64,000 bases of DNA. It comes from Thermodesulfobacteriota bacterium. Lineage in GTDB: Bacteria > Desulfobacterota_D > UBA1144. Shown here piece after piece: positions 31,861-41,513 of this stretch. The stretch's first letter is position 1. Each line of letters begins with the position of its first letter. The notes below the pieces were generated by a model. The model did not search any database. It was not told where the DNA came from and was given only the letters and a program-made list of their open reading frames with translations. The stretch spans positions 101,980 to 165,979 of the forward strand of contig JAYYZJ010000005.1 in NCBI GenBank assembly GCA_036340075.1, in the 5' to 3' direction. The position numbers were made by a program, and so were the translations under genes.

Positions 31861-32490
31861 ATGAAAATCAGTCTTACAAGGAAAGAATATAAAAAATCAA
31901 AGTCTATTTTTGATGACGAGAAAGATCCAAATAAAAAGTTTAAGAAATGGTATAGATATGCTGAAAAGAAAGTTTCCGAACCTAATGCTTTTACTTTATC
32001 AACTTCTATAAATAATAAACCTTCATCTAGAATGATGTTGCTAAAAGGTATAGATGAGGATTTGGTCTTTTATACAAATAAAATAAGTAGAAAAGGAAAA
32101 CAAATTAAAGAAAATAAATATGCGAGTATGGTATTTTGGTGGAAAGAGATTAATCGACAAGTTAGAATAGAAGGAAAATTAAAAGAACTACCAGCTAAAG
32201 AAGTAGAGAAATATTTTAGTTTAAGACCAATAGAAAGTCAGATTGGTGCATTAATTTCAAAACAAAGTACAAAAGCATCTTCTTATAAAAATATTATTAG
32301 AGATTTTAAAATTGAAAGAAGTAACCATATAAAAAATAATACAAAAATTGTAATGCCTAAATTTTGGACAGGATATAAAATTAAGCCGGATTTGTTTGAA
32401 TTTTGGCAAGGTGGGGAATTTCGACTTCATCAAAGACTAGAATTTAAAAGAAGAAAAAATAAATGGATTAAATCGGTACTGTTCCCATGA
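31861..32490 (+). CDS. pdxH: pyridoxamine 5'-phosphate oxidase
   Basis: Aligns along its length to E. coli PdxH (LLKG.DE..FVFYTN, RPxxSQIGA, FWQGGEFRLHQR C-terminal motif). Confidence 0.85.
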   Translation: MKISLTRKEYKKSKSIFDDEKDPNKKFKKWYRYAEKKVSEPNAFTLSTSINNKPSSRMMLLKGIDEDLVFYTNKISRKGKQIKENKYASMVFWWKEINRQVRIEGKLKELPAKEVEKYFSLRPIESQIGALISKQSTKASSYKNIIRDFKIERSNHIKNNTKIVMPKFWTGYKIKPDLFEFWQGGEFRLHQRLEFKRRKNKWIKSVLFP

Positions 32491-32912
32491 ATAAGTTTAA
32501 ATATAGATTTTTTGTCGATAAAGAATGTAATTGGTATCAAGATGGCAAACCGATAACTCATAAAAGGATATATTTATATAATTATCAAAATCTTATTGAA
32601 GATGAAAATGGTGAATTTTATGTAAAAGAAGGAGATTCAAAAGCTTTTGTGAAATTCGAAGACCAACCATTTATAGTTAAATCCGTCAATATTAGAGACT
32701 TAAAAGAATCAAAAATAACAATATTCCTTAATGATTCAAGTGAAGAAAATCTTGAAGTTGAATCCTTATTTTTTAATCAAAATATCCCTTATTGTAAGGT
32801 GAAAAACAGTAAGTTTCTTGCAAGATTTTCACGTCCAGCACTTTTCCAATTAAGTAAAGCAATATCTAACAAAAACAGCCAATTTTATATAGGGAAAAAA
32901 AGGTTAAAATAA
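32487..32912 (+). CDS. hypothetical protein, 141 aa, translationally coupled to pdxH
   Basis: ATGA overlap with the pdxH stop. No family confidently recognised. Confidence 0.45.
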   Translation: MNKFKYRFFVDKECNWYQDGKPITHKRIYLYNYQNLIEDENGEFYVKEGDSKAFVKFEDQPFIVKSVNIRDLKESKITIFLNDSSEENLEVESLFFNQNIPYCKVKNSKFLARFSRPALFQLSKAISNKNSQFYIGKKRLK

Positions 32913-32987
32913 AGAATTTTCATTCTTTAAGAAAAAAGCCTATATTATGTACCAAATTTATTAGTCATGATATAATGATTTTACAAA

Positions 32988-34229
32988 ATGTCACGATTAT
33001 TTCGTTTTTTTTTTACTATAGTTTTCTTTATATGCCAGCCGGGTTATGCGTATAATTACGCTGAACTTACTCTGGACAAAGCTATTGAAATAGCAAAGAA
33101 AAACAATTACAAGATTATTTACCTTGACCAAGAAGTTAAAGCAAAAAAGTTCTCAAAAGGTGCACATACATCACAATATTTTCCTCAAGTGGGATTAAAT
33201 GTAATATTTCCTTTTATAGGTAGATCTTCTTCTTTAACTATAGACCAACTAGTTTTTGATTTTGGAAAACTAAATCAAAGAATTAACTCTGGAAAATATA
33301 TGATTAAAGCTATGGAATATCAAAATGCAACAGAGCAAGACGAAATACTTAGCAAAGTCTCTGAAAATTATTACAAAATATTAAAAGTACAAAATTTAAT
33401 TAAACTTATAGAAAATCAAGTTACTACAAATAAAACACGCCTAGAACAAGCAAAAGCTTTCTTAACTGCTGGAAGAATCTCCGCATTAGAAGTTACAGCA
33501 AGAAGTCTTGATGTTGATCAAAGCGAACTTGAAGCGATTAAGCTTAAAGGAAATCTTGAAAAACTTGAAGAAGATTTGTTTAATTTATTGGGTGTACCGA
33601 AGCCTAGAGAAATAAGCTATTCATCTAATCTTCAGTATTCGAAAGTTGATTTAAATGCTGATTTAATCATAGAATCTAATCTGAACTATCTAAATGCTAT
33701 TAGGTCCGCGGAAATGAAAATTTTAAGTTTAAAATCTATGATATCTGCCTTAAAAAGAGATTTTCTTCCTAATATAATTGCAAGAGCTGCTTACAGATTT
33801 GAAGGTAAAGGTGTACCTGACTCTGATAAGGATAACGACTTAGTTGGTGGTATGGGTTTAAGATGGGAGTTATTCCAAGGTGGACGAACTTACTATCAAA
33901 TTCAGGAGCACAAAGCTATGTTAAATTCTTCAATTGCCAAATTGAACCTACTAAAAAGAGATATTGGATCCAAAATCAGATTTGGAGTTATTGATGCAGA
34001 TACTGATTTCTACAAAATAGATGTCTTAAAAAGATCGGTAAAAGCAGCTAAATCAAACTATGAATATATAAAAACTAACTACACTTTAGGTGAGAAATCC
34101 ATGGTTGAGCTTCTAGAAGCTGAGGATTTACTTTCAGAACAAGAAACCGAATATCAAAATGCCATTTATGATTACAAAATAAAGGTTGCTAGAATCGAAA
34201 GAATTGCTGGAGTAGTAATATCTAGATGA
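32988..34229 (+). CDS. TolC-family outer membrane efflux protein
   Basis: 413 aa. Signal peptide, two-repeat architecture with coiled-coil-rich segments. First gene of the efflux operon. Confidence 0.7.
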   Translation: MSRLFRFFFTIVFFICQPGYAYNYAELTLDKAIEIAKKNNYKIIYLDQEVKAKKFSKGAHTSQYFPQVGLNVIFPFIGRSSSLTIDQLVFDFGKLNQRINSGKYMIKAMEYQNATEQDEILSKVSENYYKILKVQNLIKLIENQVTTNKTRLEQAKAFLTAGRISALEVTARSLDVDQSELEAIKLKGNLEKLEEDLFNLLGVPKPREISYSSNLQYSKVDLNADLIIESNLNYLNAIRSAEMKILSLKSMISALKRDFLPNIIARAAYRFEGKGVPDSDKDNDLVGGMGLRWELFQGGRTYYQIQEHKAMLNSSIAKLNLLKRDIGSKIRFGVIDADTDFYKIDVLKRSVKAAKSNYEYIKTNYTLGEKSMVELLEAEDLLSEQETEYQNAIYDYKIKVARIERIAGVVISR

Positions 34230-35512
34230 ACAAGCTCTTTGAACTTTTGGCAAAATTCATTATATCATTAAAGTCTCCTGATGGATTACTTCTAAAAGTC
34301 TGGTCTTTTATGAAGAACAACAAAAAGGTAGTTGTAACAATACTGGCTCTACTTTTAGTATATAGAGTTGCAGGAGATTTTATTACTGGGGATTCGAATA
34401 ATAAAAATGGTGCATACCAATTAGTTACTACAAAACTTTCTGTTGGCGAAATAAGTGAATTCGTAAAGACTTCAGGAAAAATTGCACCTGAACAAGAACA
34501 AAAAATCAGAGCAACATTGGCTAGACGAGTTTCAATTCTGAAAGTTAATGTAAAATATGGTGACTTAGTTGAACCGGGACAAATACTTTTAGAGCTAGAT
34601 TCTGCAGAAATCACCAAAGACTTAGAAGTCATAACAAAAAAATTAGAACTACTAGAAATAGATTTTAATCAAGCTCAACAAAAATCGGATGATGATGAAA
34701 AATTATTAGAGAAAGGGTTTATTCCGAAAAACGAATACGATGAAAGCGTATCTGAACTTAAGAAAATTGCTATTGAAATAGAATTAATGAAGAAAGAAGA
34801 GTTGAAATTTAAAGAAGAATTAGAAAAATTAAAAATTGTATCGCCAATCAAAGGCAGAATAGATTATATAAATGAACAAATAATAAACTCAGGTTCAGTT
34901 GATGTAAATAATTGGCTTTTTACAGTCTCCTCATCAGCAGACCGTTTGAAATTAAGTTTAAGTGTCGATGGTAGAGCAATTACTAAAATCAAAGAAGGCC
35001 AAGAGGTATCATTTAGAATAGATACTTACCCAAATAAAGACTTATTTGGCTCTGTAATCAAGATAGTTGAACCATTAAATCTAAATCCTCATAAAGACAA
35101 AGCGCCTGTTTTTTATGAAATAATTGCTAGTGTAGCTGAAACTGATGTTGAATTAAAAGCTGGAATGAGTGTAGATGCCTCAATAAAAATACAAACAAAA
35201 TTAAGAATCAAGAGAATACCGAGATCAGCATTAAGATTTGTACCTCCTAAAATAATAAGAATAAGAAACCAGCCACCTCAAAATACTACAACTCCAATAA
35301 TATGGATTGTAAACAGAGATGGTTCAATATCGGCTGTACCTATTACTACTGGAATTAGAGATAATGATTTTGTTGAGTTCATAGAGCTAGCTTCTGCAAA
35401 CGAGAAAGATTATAAATTAAGTGCGGATGATGATATTGTTACCGGCGTAACAATTTTTCAAGATCAAAAGAAAAAAAGCAGGTTTGCATTACCACAACCT
35501 AAAAGATATTAA
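34226..35512 (+). CDS. HlyD/MacA-family periplasmic adaptor (membrane fusion protein)
   Basis: 428 aa. N-terminal TM anchor, lipoyl-like hairpin (VKYGDLVEPGQILLELDS), long coiled coil and a beta-barrel C-terminus. Confidence 0.75.
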   Translation: MNKLFELLAKFIISLKSPDGLLLKVWSFMKNNKKVVVTILALLLVYRVAGDFITGDSNNKNGAYQLVTTKLSVGEISEFVKTSGKIAPEQEQKIRATLARRVSILKVNVKYGDLVEPGQILLELDSAEITKDLEVITKKLELLEIDFNQAQQKSDDDEKLLEKGFIPKNEYDESVSELKKIAIEIELMKKEELKFKEELEKLKIVSPIKGRIDYINEQIINSGSVDVNNWLFTVSSSADRLKLSLSVDGRAITKIKEGQEVSFRIDTYPNKDLFGSVIKIVEPLNLNPHKDKAPVFYEIIASVAETDVELKAGMSVDASIKIQTKLRIKRIPRSALRFVPPKIIRIRNQPPQNTTTPIIWIVNRDGSISAVPITTGIRDNDFVEFIELASANEKDYKLSADDDIVTGVTIFQDQKKKSRFALPQPKRY

Positions 35513-35516
35513 ATAA

Positions 35517-36194
35517 ATGAGCAAAGATACTCTTATTGAATTATCCAACATAAATAAAATTTATTTTATGGGGCAAAATAAATTACAAGTTCTTTTCGAT
35601 ATATGTTTACAGATTTACGAAAATGATTTTATATCAATAGTTGGACCATCTGGTTCAGGAAAAACTACTTTATTAAATATCATGGCATGTTTAGACTCCC
35701 CAACATCAGGAGAATACAGACTAAAGGGAATTGATGTAGTTTCTAAATCTGTTGATGATAAATCTGAAATAAGAAGTGATTCGATTGGCTTTATCTTCCA
35801 AAGCTTCAATTTAATTTCAAGACATACAGCAATTGAAAATGTTGAGATGCCTCTTATGTATTCAAGCTCTTACAATAGAAAAGATAGAAAAGAAAGAGCA
35901 ATGGAATGTTTGGACATGGTTGAATTAACTGATAGAGCAAATCATTTTCCTAATGAATTATCAGGTGGTCAACAACAAAGAGTTGCAATTGCAAGAGCGT
36001 TAATTAATAATCCTGATATAATACTAGCTGATGAGCCAACTGGAAATTTAGATTCTAATACTAGCGAAGGAATAATAAATCTTCTAAAAAGTTTACATCA
36101 ATCTGGAAAAACTATAATAGTAATAACTCACAATAATGAAATTGCTAAAGAAACGATGGATATTATAAATATAAGAGATGGAAAAATAATTTAG
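35517..36194 (+). CDS. ABC transporter ATP-binding protein (MacB/LolD/DevA type)
   Basis: Walker A GPSGSGKTT, signature LSGGQQQRVAIARAL, Walker B ILADEPTGNLD. Confidence 0.9.
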   Translation: MSKDTLIELSNINKIYFMGQNKLQVLFDICLQIYENDFISIVGPSGSGKTTLLNIMACLDSPTSGEYRLKGIDVVSKSVDDKSEIRSDSIGFIFQSFNLISRHTAIENVEMPLMYSSSYNRKDRKERAMECLDMVELTDRANHFPNELSGGQQQRVAIARALINNPDIILADEPTGNLDSNTSEGIINLLKSLHQSGKTIIVITHNNEIAKETMDIINIRDGKII

Positions 36195-36197
36195 ATA

Positions 36198-37424
36198 ATG
36201 ATTGGAAGATACATATTAGACAACTTAATTGAAGCAAAATCAAATTTATTAAGGAATAAATCACGTACTCTTTTGACATCATTAGGGATAGTTATTGGTA
36301 TAACATCTGTAATAATATTGGTTGCTATAACTAATGGAGCAAAATTTATTATAGAACAACAATTAGTTAGCTTAGGGGCAAAAACTATAGTCTTAAAGCC
36401 TATTGGACGTACTGCTAGTGGTATATATAGAGGACGGGCTCAGGACTTTAATCAAGAAGAACTAAAATTAATGAAAGAGATGCCTACTGTTTCTTATGTT
36501 ACACCCATTGTTAAAACATCAAACGAAGTTCAATATAGGAATACAACACAAGTAGTTGCAATAATTGGTGCTAATGAAGATTTTGCCATGATTAATGATT
36601 GGTCAACCGAGTTGGGTTCGTTTATAAATCGAATAGATGTTCAAGATGGAGCAAAAGTCTGCGTATTAGGTTCAACAGTTAATAAAAGATTTTTTGGTGC
36701 AGAGAATGCCATTAATCAAAATGTAAGAATAGATGGAATTTCTTTTAAAGTAATTGGCGTCTTGTCAGAGAAAGGTCTTACGCCTGGTGGAAGAGATCAA
36801 GATGATTTTATTCTTATACCATATACTTCGCTTGCCAGATATGACTATAGAGGTCAACTTTATGGAATTAGCAATATAATTGTATCATCAACAACAACCG
36901 ATGATGTTGAGTTTACAAAATACTCAATTAGGAGAATGTTAAGAGAAAGGAGGAATTTACTTAAGGATCAATTCGATAACTTTGAACTGCGTTCATATGA
37001 AGCAGTGACAAAAAAAATTGTTAGAACTACAACTATTCTAAAAGTTTTATTATCTACTATCGCTTCTATTTCTCTTGTCGTTGGTGGTATAGGAATTATG
37101 AATATTATGCTTGTTTCAGTAACTGAAAGAACAAAAGAAATAGGGATAAGAATTACTATAGGAGCGAAAAGTAAAGATATAATAATCCAATTTCTCTCCG
37201 AAGCTGCTATGCTGTCAATTATTGGAGGGGTTATAGGTGTTGTTTTAGGATATATTCTTAGCAAAGTAGCTTCCACATTTGTTGGATGGCCAGCTATAAT
37301 AAATACCGAATCAATAATAATTGCAACTTTATTTTCTGGAATAATTGGTATATTTTTTGGAATCTATCCCGCATTTAAAGCTTCAAAAATGGATCCAATT
37401 AAAGCAATAAGGAATGAATACTAA
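36198..37424 (+). CDS. ABC transporter permease, MacB/FtsX family
   Basis: 408 aa. N-terminal TM, large periplasmic MacB_PCD-like domain, C-terminal FtsX 3-TM bundle. Confidence 0.85.
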   Translation: MIGRYILDNLIEAKSNLLRNKSRTLLTSLGIVIGITSVIILVAITNGAKFIIEQQLVSLGAKTIVLKPIGRTASGIYRGRAQDFNQEELKLMKEMPTVSYVTPIVKTSNEVQYRNTTQVVAIIGANEDFAMINDWSTELGSFINRIDVQDGAKVCVLGSTVNKRFFGAENAINQNVRIDGISFKVIGVLSEKGLTPGGRDQDDFILIPYTSLARYDYRGQLYGISNIIVSSTTTDDVEFTKYSIRRMLRERRNLLKDQFDNFELRSYEAVTKKIVRTTTILKVLLSTIASISLVVGGIGIMNIMLVSVTERTKEIGIRITIGAKSKDIIIQFLSEAAMLSIIGGVIGVVLGYILSKVASTFVGWPAIINTESIIIATLFSGIIGIFFGIYPAFKASKMDPIKAIRNEY

Positions 37425-37430
37425 TGGTAG

Positions 37431-37637
37431 GTGAACATGCTAAAGATAACGCAAAGATACTTTGAGGGTTTTGATTATCTTACAACTAAAATTAGCAAAA
37501 TGAGCATTTTAAATAGCGTTCCTCTGCTAATTTTTACTCTTGCTATTTACCCTTTGTCGATTTTCGTATTAATTGCACTATATTTTATAACTTTACTTTC
37601 AATAATAACTTTTAAATGTTTAAATTTAATTAAATAG
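37431..37637 (+). CDS. small hydrophobic protein, 68 aa (uncertain)
   Basis: 6 nt after the permease stop and 1 nt before uppS. Two hydrophobic helices. Could be a real micro-membrane protein or noise. Confidence 0.3.
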   Translation: MNMLKITQRYFEGFDYLTTKISKMSILNSVPLLIFTLAIYPLSIFVLIALYFITLLSIITFKCLNLIK

Positions 37638-37638
37638 A

Positions 37639-38340
37639 ATGAAAAATCCTAAACCAAAACATATTGCAATTATAATGGATGGGAATAGACGCTGGGCAAA
37701 GGAAAATGGTACAAAAACTATAATTGGACACAAGCAAGGATTGGATACAGCTAAAGAAATTTGTATGTATGCCAATAAGATTCAAATCAAATTCCTAACA
37801 CTATATGCATTCTCAATTCAAAATTGGTCTAGATCAAAAAAGGAGGTAGAGTCTCTATTCGCTTTATTCTTAGAATTTTTTAACCAAAAAAGCAGCTTTA
37901 TCATCGAACAGAAAATGAAGTTCAATCCAATAGGAAGGGTTGGAGAATTAGATTCGAGAATTAAAAATGAGATTTATAAATTAGCAGAAGACACGAAAAA
38001 CAACAAAGGTACTTGTATCAATGTTGCAATTAATTATGGTGGAAGAGAAGAAATAATTGATTCTATAAAAAAAATAAATAATTTAAATATAGACTTAAAT
38101 AAAATAAGCGAAGAACAAATAAAGAAAAATACATATTTACCTGATTGTCCTGATCCTGAACTCTTAATAAGAACAGGAAGTACTTCTAGAATTTCAAATT
38201 ATTTGTTATGGCATATAGCCTACTCTGAAATTTTAATAAGTGAAAAATATTGGCCAGAATTTACAGTTTCTGATTTTCAAAAATGTATTAGCGAATATGA
38301 AAGAATAGATAGAAAATTTGGTGGAGCTAGTAATGAATAA
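37639..38340 (+). CDS. uppS: ditrans,polycis-undecaprenyl-diphosphate synthase
   Basis: HIAIIMDGNRRWAK, and the cis-prenyltransferase C-terminal region (ELLIRTGS...SNYLLWHIAYSE). Confidence 0.9.
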   Translation: MKNPKPKHIAIIMDGNRRWAKENGTKTIIGHKQGLDTAKEICMYANKIQIKFLTLYAFSIQNWSRSKKEVESLFALFLEFFNQKSSFIIEQKMKFNPIGRVGELDSRIKNEIYKLAEDTKNNKGTCINVAINYGGREEIIDSIKKINNLNIDLNKISEEQIKKNTYLPDCPDPELLIRTGSTSRISNYLLWHIAYSEILISEKYWPEFTVSDFQKCISEYERIDRKFGGASNE

Positions 38341-39493
38341 AAAGAATTTTGTAAGTATTTTGGGCTCAACTGGTTCAATAGGTAAACAAACCCTTTCTAT
38401 AATTAAAGAGCAAAGTGATAAATTCAAAGTTGAATCTTTAGCCGCAGGGAAAAATATATCTTTGTTACTAAAACAAGTATCTGAATTTAAGCCTAAAAGT
38501 ATATCTATAGAGAGCAAAAAAGATAAATTATTACTAGAAAAGAATCCTCTTTTAAAAAAAATAAAAATTTTCAATGGCGACGAAGGACTTAAAAAGATAG
38601 CAAATAGCAAAACTATAAAATCTCTTGTAGTTGCCACAGCTGGAGTCAATGGCCTTATTCCAACTATTGATTGTTTAAAACAAGGAAAAAGAGTCTGTAT
38701 AGCGAGCAAAGAAGTCTTTCTACTTTATGGAAAACAAATAATGAAAATAGCATCGAAGAACAATGCCGAAATTATACCCATAGATAGTGAGCATTCTGCA
38801 TTGTTTCAATTAATTGCCAACGAGCCAACAGAAAACATAAGAAGACTTTATATAACTGCATCAGGTGGTCCTTTCTTTAATAAGAAAAGAAAAGAACTTG
38901 AAAATGTTAAGCCTAGGGATGCTTTAAAACATCCTACTTGGAATATGGGTAAAAAAATATCAATAGATTCAGCAACAATGATGAATAAGGCTATAGAGAT
39001 AATTGAGGCATCAATAATGTTTGATATCAATCATAAGATGATTACACCTATTGTTAATCTTGATAGTAACATTCATGCTATAGCTGAATTTATTGATGGT
39101 ACTTACTCTATATCTGGTAGTTACAATGATATGAGAATACCAATTAGTTATTCTCTTAATTATCCGCTTAGACAAAATAAAAAGAAATACAAATTTGAAA
39201 TTCAAAAAAAGATAGAGCTGATACCAATAAAAGAAAAAGATTACGAAGCTATTAGAATTGCTAGAAGAGCAATTGAAATTGGGGGGACCATGCCAGCAAT
39301 TATGAATGCAGCAAATTCTACAGCAGTTAATCAATTTCTAAATAATAAAATTGAATTTCTTGATATTTATAGAGTTATCAAAAAAACAATGAAGAACAAC
39401 ATTCCTAAGCATAATGCTTCATTAAAAGAAGTTATTAAAATAAATAAAGTTGCATCTGAGGATGCTTTTAGGATATCTAATCAGTTATATTAA
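38318..39493 (+). CDS. dxr: 1-deoxy-D-xylulose 5-phosphate reductoisomerase
   Basis: ILGSTGSIGKQTL NADPH site, IPIDSEHSALFQ, and LYITASGGPF. Confidence 0.9.
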   Translation: MVELVMNKKNFVSILGSTGSIGKQTLSIIKEQSDKFKVESLAAGKNISLLLKQVSEFKPKSISIESKKDKLLLEKNPLLKKIKIFNGDEGLKKIANSKTIKSLVVATAGVNGLIPTIDCLKQGKRVCIASKEVFLLYGKQIMKIASKNNAEIIPIDSEHSALFQLIANEPTENIRRLYITASGGPFFNKKRKELENVKPRDALKHPTWNMGKKISIDSATMMNKAIEIIEASIMFDINHKMITPIVNLDSNIHAIAEFIDGTYSISGSYNDMRIPISYSLNYPLRQNKKKYKFEIQKKIELIPIKEKDYEAIRIARRAIEIGGTMPAIMNAANSTAVNQFLNNKIEFLDIYRVIKKTMKNNIPKHNASLKEVIKINKVASEDAFRISNQLY

Positions 39494-39498
39494 TAAAC

Positions 39499-40827
39499 AT
39501 GACTAGCATAATTACTTTTCTTATAATTATTAGTTTTCTTATATTTGTTCACGAACTAGGACATTTGCTTGCTGCTAAATGGGCAAATGTAAAAGTTGAA
39601 GTCTTTTCAATCGGTTTTGGTAAAAAGCTTTTTTCTTTCAAATATGGAGAAACTGAATACTCTCTATCTTTACTGCCTTTGGGTGGATACGTTAAGATGC
39701 ATGGGGAAGATGCAATTGAAGAAGAATCTACAACCAACACAAAAATTAAAATAGATGAAGATAGAAGCTATAAAAATCTACCTAATTATAAAAAACAAAT
39801 TATTCTATTTGCTGGTCCATTGATGAATCTCTTAATACCATTTATATTTTTTCCAATAATTCATATGGGCGGCGTTGAGATGCCAGCATTTCTAGAAAAA
39901 GCACCTGTTGTTGGATATTATGAAGACAGCTCCAAAAACTCCTTGTTCAAGGAAAATGATTTAATTCTCAAAATTAATAATACAGATGTAGATTCATGGA
40001 AGTCTTTATTAAATAAAAAAAATGAGTTTATTGAGAATAATCAAACAATATTTATAGTTAGAGATTCAGAAGTTAAAAAAATCAATATATTAAAGGATTC
40101 AAGCAATAAAGTTATTATTGATAAGATTTATCCAATTCAAGATCCAGTTGTATCTCAAGTAATACCCGGAAGCAAAGCTGAAGAAATTGGTTTAATGAAA
40201 TCCGATATTATTAAAGAAATAAATGGGACAAAAATTTACAATTGGTATCAAATTAGTAGAGTCTTAAACACAAAAAATGTTTACGAATTTAGTGTAAAGA
40301 TTCAAAGAGGGGATAATATTTTTGATAAAAATGTAATATTCGACTCAAATGCTAGTAGGAAATTATTAGGGATTTCTCCATTAATAGAACTAAAAGAAGA
40401 AAAACTAGGTTTCTTTTCCTCAATAAGTCGTGGCTTTCATGATTCTCTAAGGGCTATAGATTTAATATTTAATGGAATTATGAGCCTTCTTTCTGGACTA
40501 TTCAGTTCAGAATCAAGTATGGGGGATATTAAAAATTCACTTGCTGGTCCTATAGCAATAGCAAAATATTCAGGCGCTGCTGCCGAAAAAGGAATTAATT
40601 CTTTGATTCAATTTATGATTGTAATAAGTATTAATCTCGGAATAATAAACCTCCTACCTATACCGCTACTAGATGGTGGTCACATATTCTTCAATTCAAT
40701 TGAAATGATTACAAGAAGAAAAATTAATCAGAAATTTTTAAATTTTGCAAATAGAATTGGTTTTGCAGCATTGATAACTTTGATGCTTTTTGCTATATAT
40801 AACGACTTTGTAAATTTAGTAAAATAA
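39499..40827 (+). CDS. rseP: RIP zinc metalloprotease RseP (site-2 protease) with PDZ domain
   Basis: HELGH at TM1, central PDZ domain, and the C-terminal LDGG motif (LLPIPLLDGGHI). Confidence 0.85.
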   Translation: MTSIITFLIIISFLIFVHELGHLLAAKWANVKVEVFSIGFGKKLFSFKYGETEYSLSLLPLGGYVKMHGEDAIEEESTTNTKIKIDEDRSYKNLPNYKKQIILFAGPLMNLLIPFIFFPIIHMGGVEMPAFLEKAPVVGYYEDSSKNSLFKENDLILKINNTDVDSWKSLLNKKNEFIENNQTIFIVRDSEVKKINILKDSSNKVIIDKIYPIQDPVVSQVIPGSKAEEIGLMKSDIIKEINGTKIYNWYQISRVLNTKNVYEFSVKIQRGDNIFDKNVIFDSNASRKLLGISPLIELKEEKLGFFSSISRGFHDSLRAIDLIFNGIMSLLSGLFSSESSMGDIKNSLAGPIAIAKYSGAAAEKGINSLIQFMIVISINLGIINLLPIPLLDGGHIFFNSIEMITRRKINQKFLNFANRIGFAALITLMLFAIYNDFVNLVK

Positions 40828-41511
40828 TCTTGTTAAATCCTTAAGGTTCTTCCTAATACAAGTAATAATTGGGGTATCCTTTTCAGTGAAAGCCCTAGCT
40901 TTTTGGCTTCTCATTTCCTCTACTAAATCTAAAAAGTCTTCAGGGAAATCAGTCTCAAATGATACCATTTGCTCTTGGTCATCAATACCAAAGGAATAAG
41001 ATGTATTTATACTAACAGATGGGTACTTATGTCCCGTGGCTATATGTTCAGTCATCATATCTTGCCTTTTTTTCTTAGACGACAAATACCATTCCACTTT
41101 TTTAATAAATGGATATACAATTAAATACTTTCTCTTTTTTGGAGAAATTTTAATTCTTGTTCCTTCTTGTTCAATTTTTTTATTTTTACTAACATATTGA
41201 GAATGCTTAGTCATAGACAGAAAAGAATACTTGTTTTGTACAAAAGCTCCTAGCCCTGATGCCATCAATTCTGAAGTCATATCTTCAAAATCTTCTAGTC
41301 TTTCTGACACTCGCCAGAACATGAAGTCAGTCTCTGGTCTCACGCCATAAGTTGAATAAAAGTTTAGAGTAATTTTCTTCTCATATTTATTCAAAATTCT
41401 TTCAATTTTTCTTAATAAAGCAGATTTTTCCTTTTTCTTGATTTCGTACCACTGGGGCAAGAATTTATAAAAAGTATAGTTTATATATTGTCTACCACTT
41501 GGTTTTCTCAT
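40816..41511 (-). CDS. chlorite dismutase-family protein (HemQ/Cld-like)
   Basis: 231 aa. The C-terminal half aligns with HemQ (HIATGHKYPSVSINTSYSFGIDDQEQMVSFETDFPEDFLDLVEEMR). Confidence 0.6.
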   Translation of the reverse strand: MRKPSGRQYINYTFYKFLPQWYEIKKKEKSALLRKIERILNKYEKKITLNFYSTYGVRPETDFMFWRVSERLEDFEDMTSELMASGLGAFVQNKYSFLSMTKHSQYVSKNKKIEQEGTRIKISPKKRKYLIVYPFIKKVEWYLSSKKKRQDMMTEHIATGHKYPSVSINTSYSFGIDDQEQMVSFETDFPEDFLDLVEEMRSQKARAFTEKDTPIITCIRKNLKDLTRLFY

Positions 41512-41513
41512 TT

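Noticed and set aside
32913-32987. 7-bp hairpin AAAGAAT-TTTC-ATTCTTT after the pdxH-coupled ORF
   Set aside because: It is followed by an A-run rather than a T-run on the plus strand, so it is not a convincing intrinsic terminator. It may simply be AT-rich symmetry next to a TATAAT box for the downstream TolC-like gene.
34222-34632. Minus-strand 136-aa ORF antisense to the HlyD-family adaptor gene
   Set aside because: Lies inside a well-supported plus-strand CDS. Ser/Thr-rich low-complexity translation, a shadow ORF. The same reasoning applies to the other short antisense ORFs in the track (for example 338-535, 2088-2270, 9802-9993, 10146-10340, 14060-14254, 14459-14692, 15116-15526, 18439-18796, 20857-21420, 22057-22401, 24195-24476, 24675-24860, 30893-31750, 35615-35809, 36968-37276, 38233-39334, 39549-39740, 41800-42054, 42619-42924, 45125-46284, 46701-47090, 51706-51909, 52099-52998, 56080-56310, 58621-58806, 60174-60362, 61195-61380, 62272-62757).
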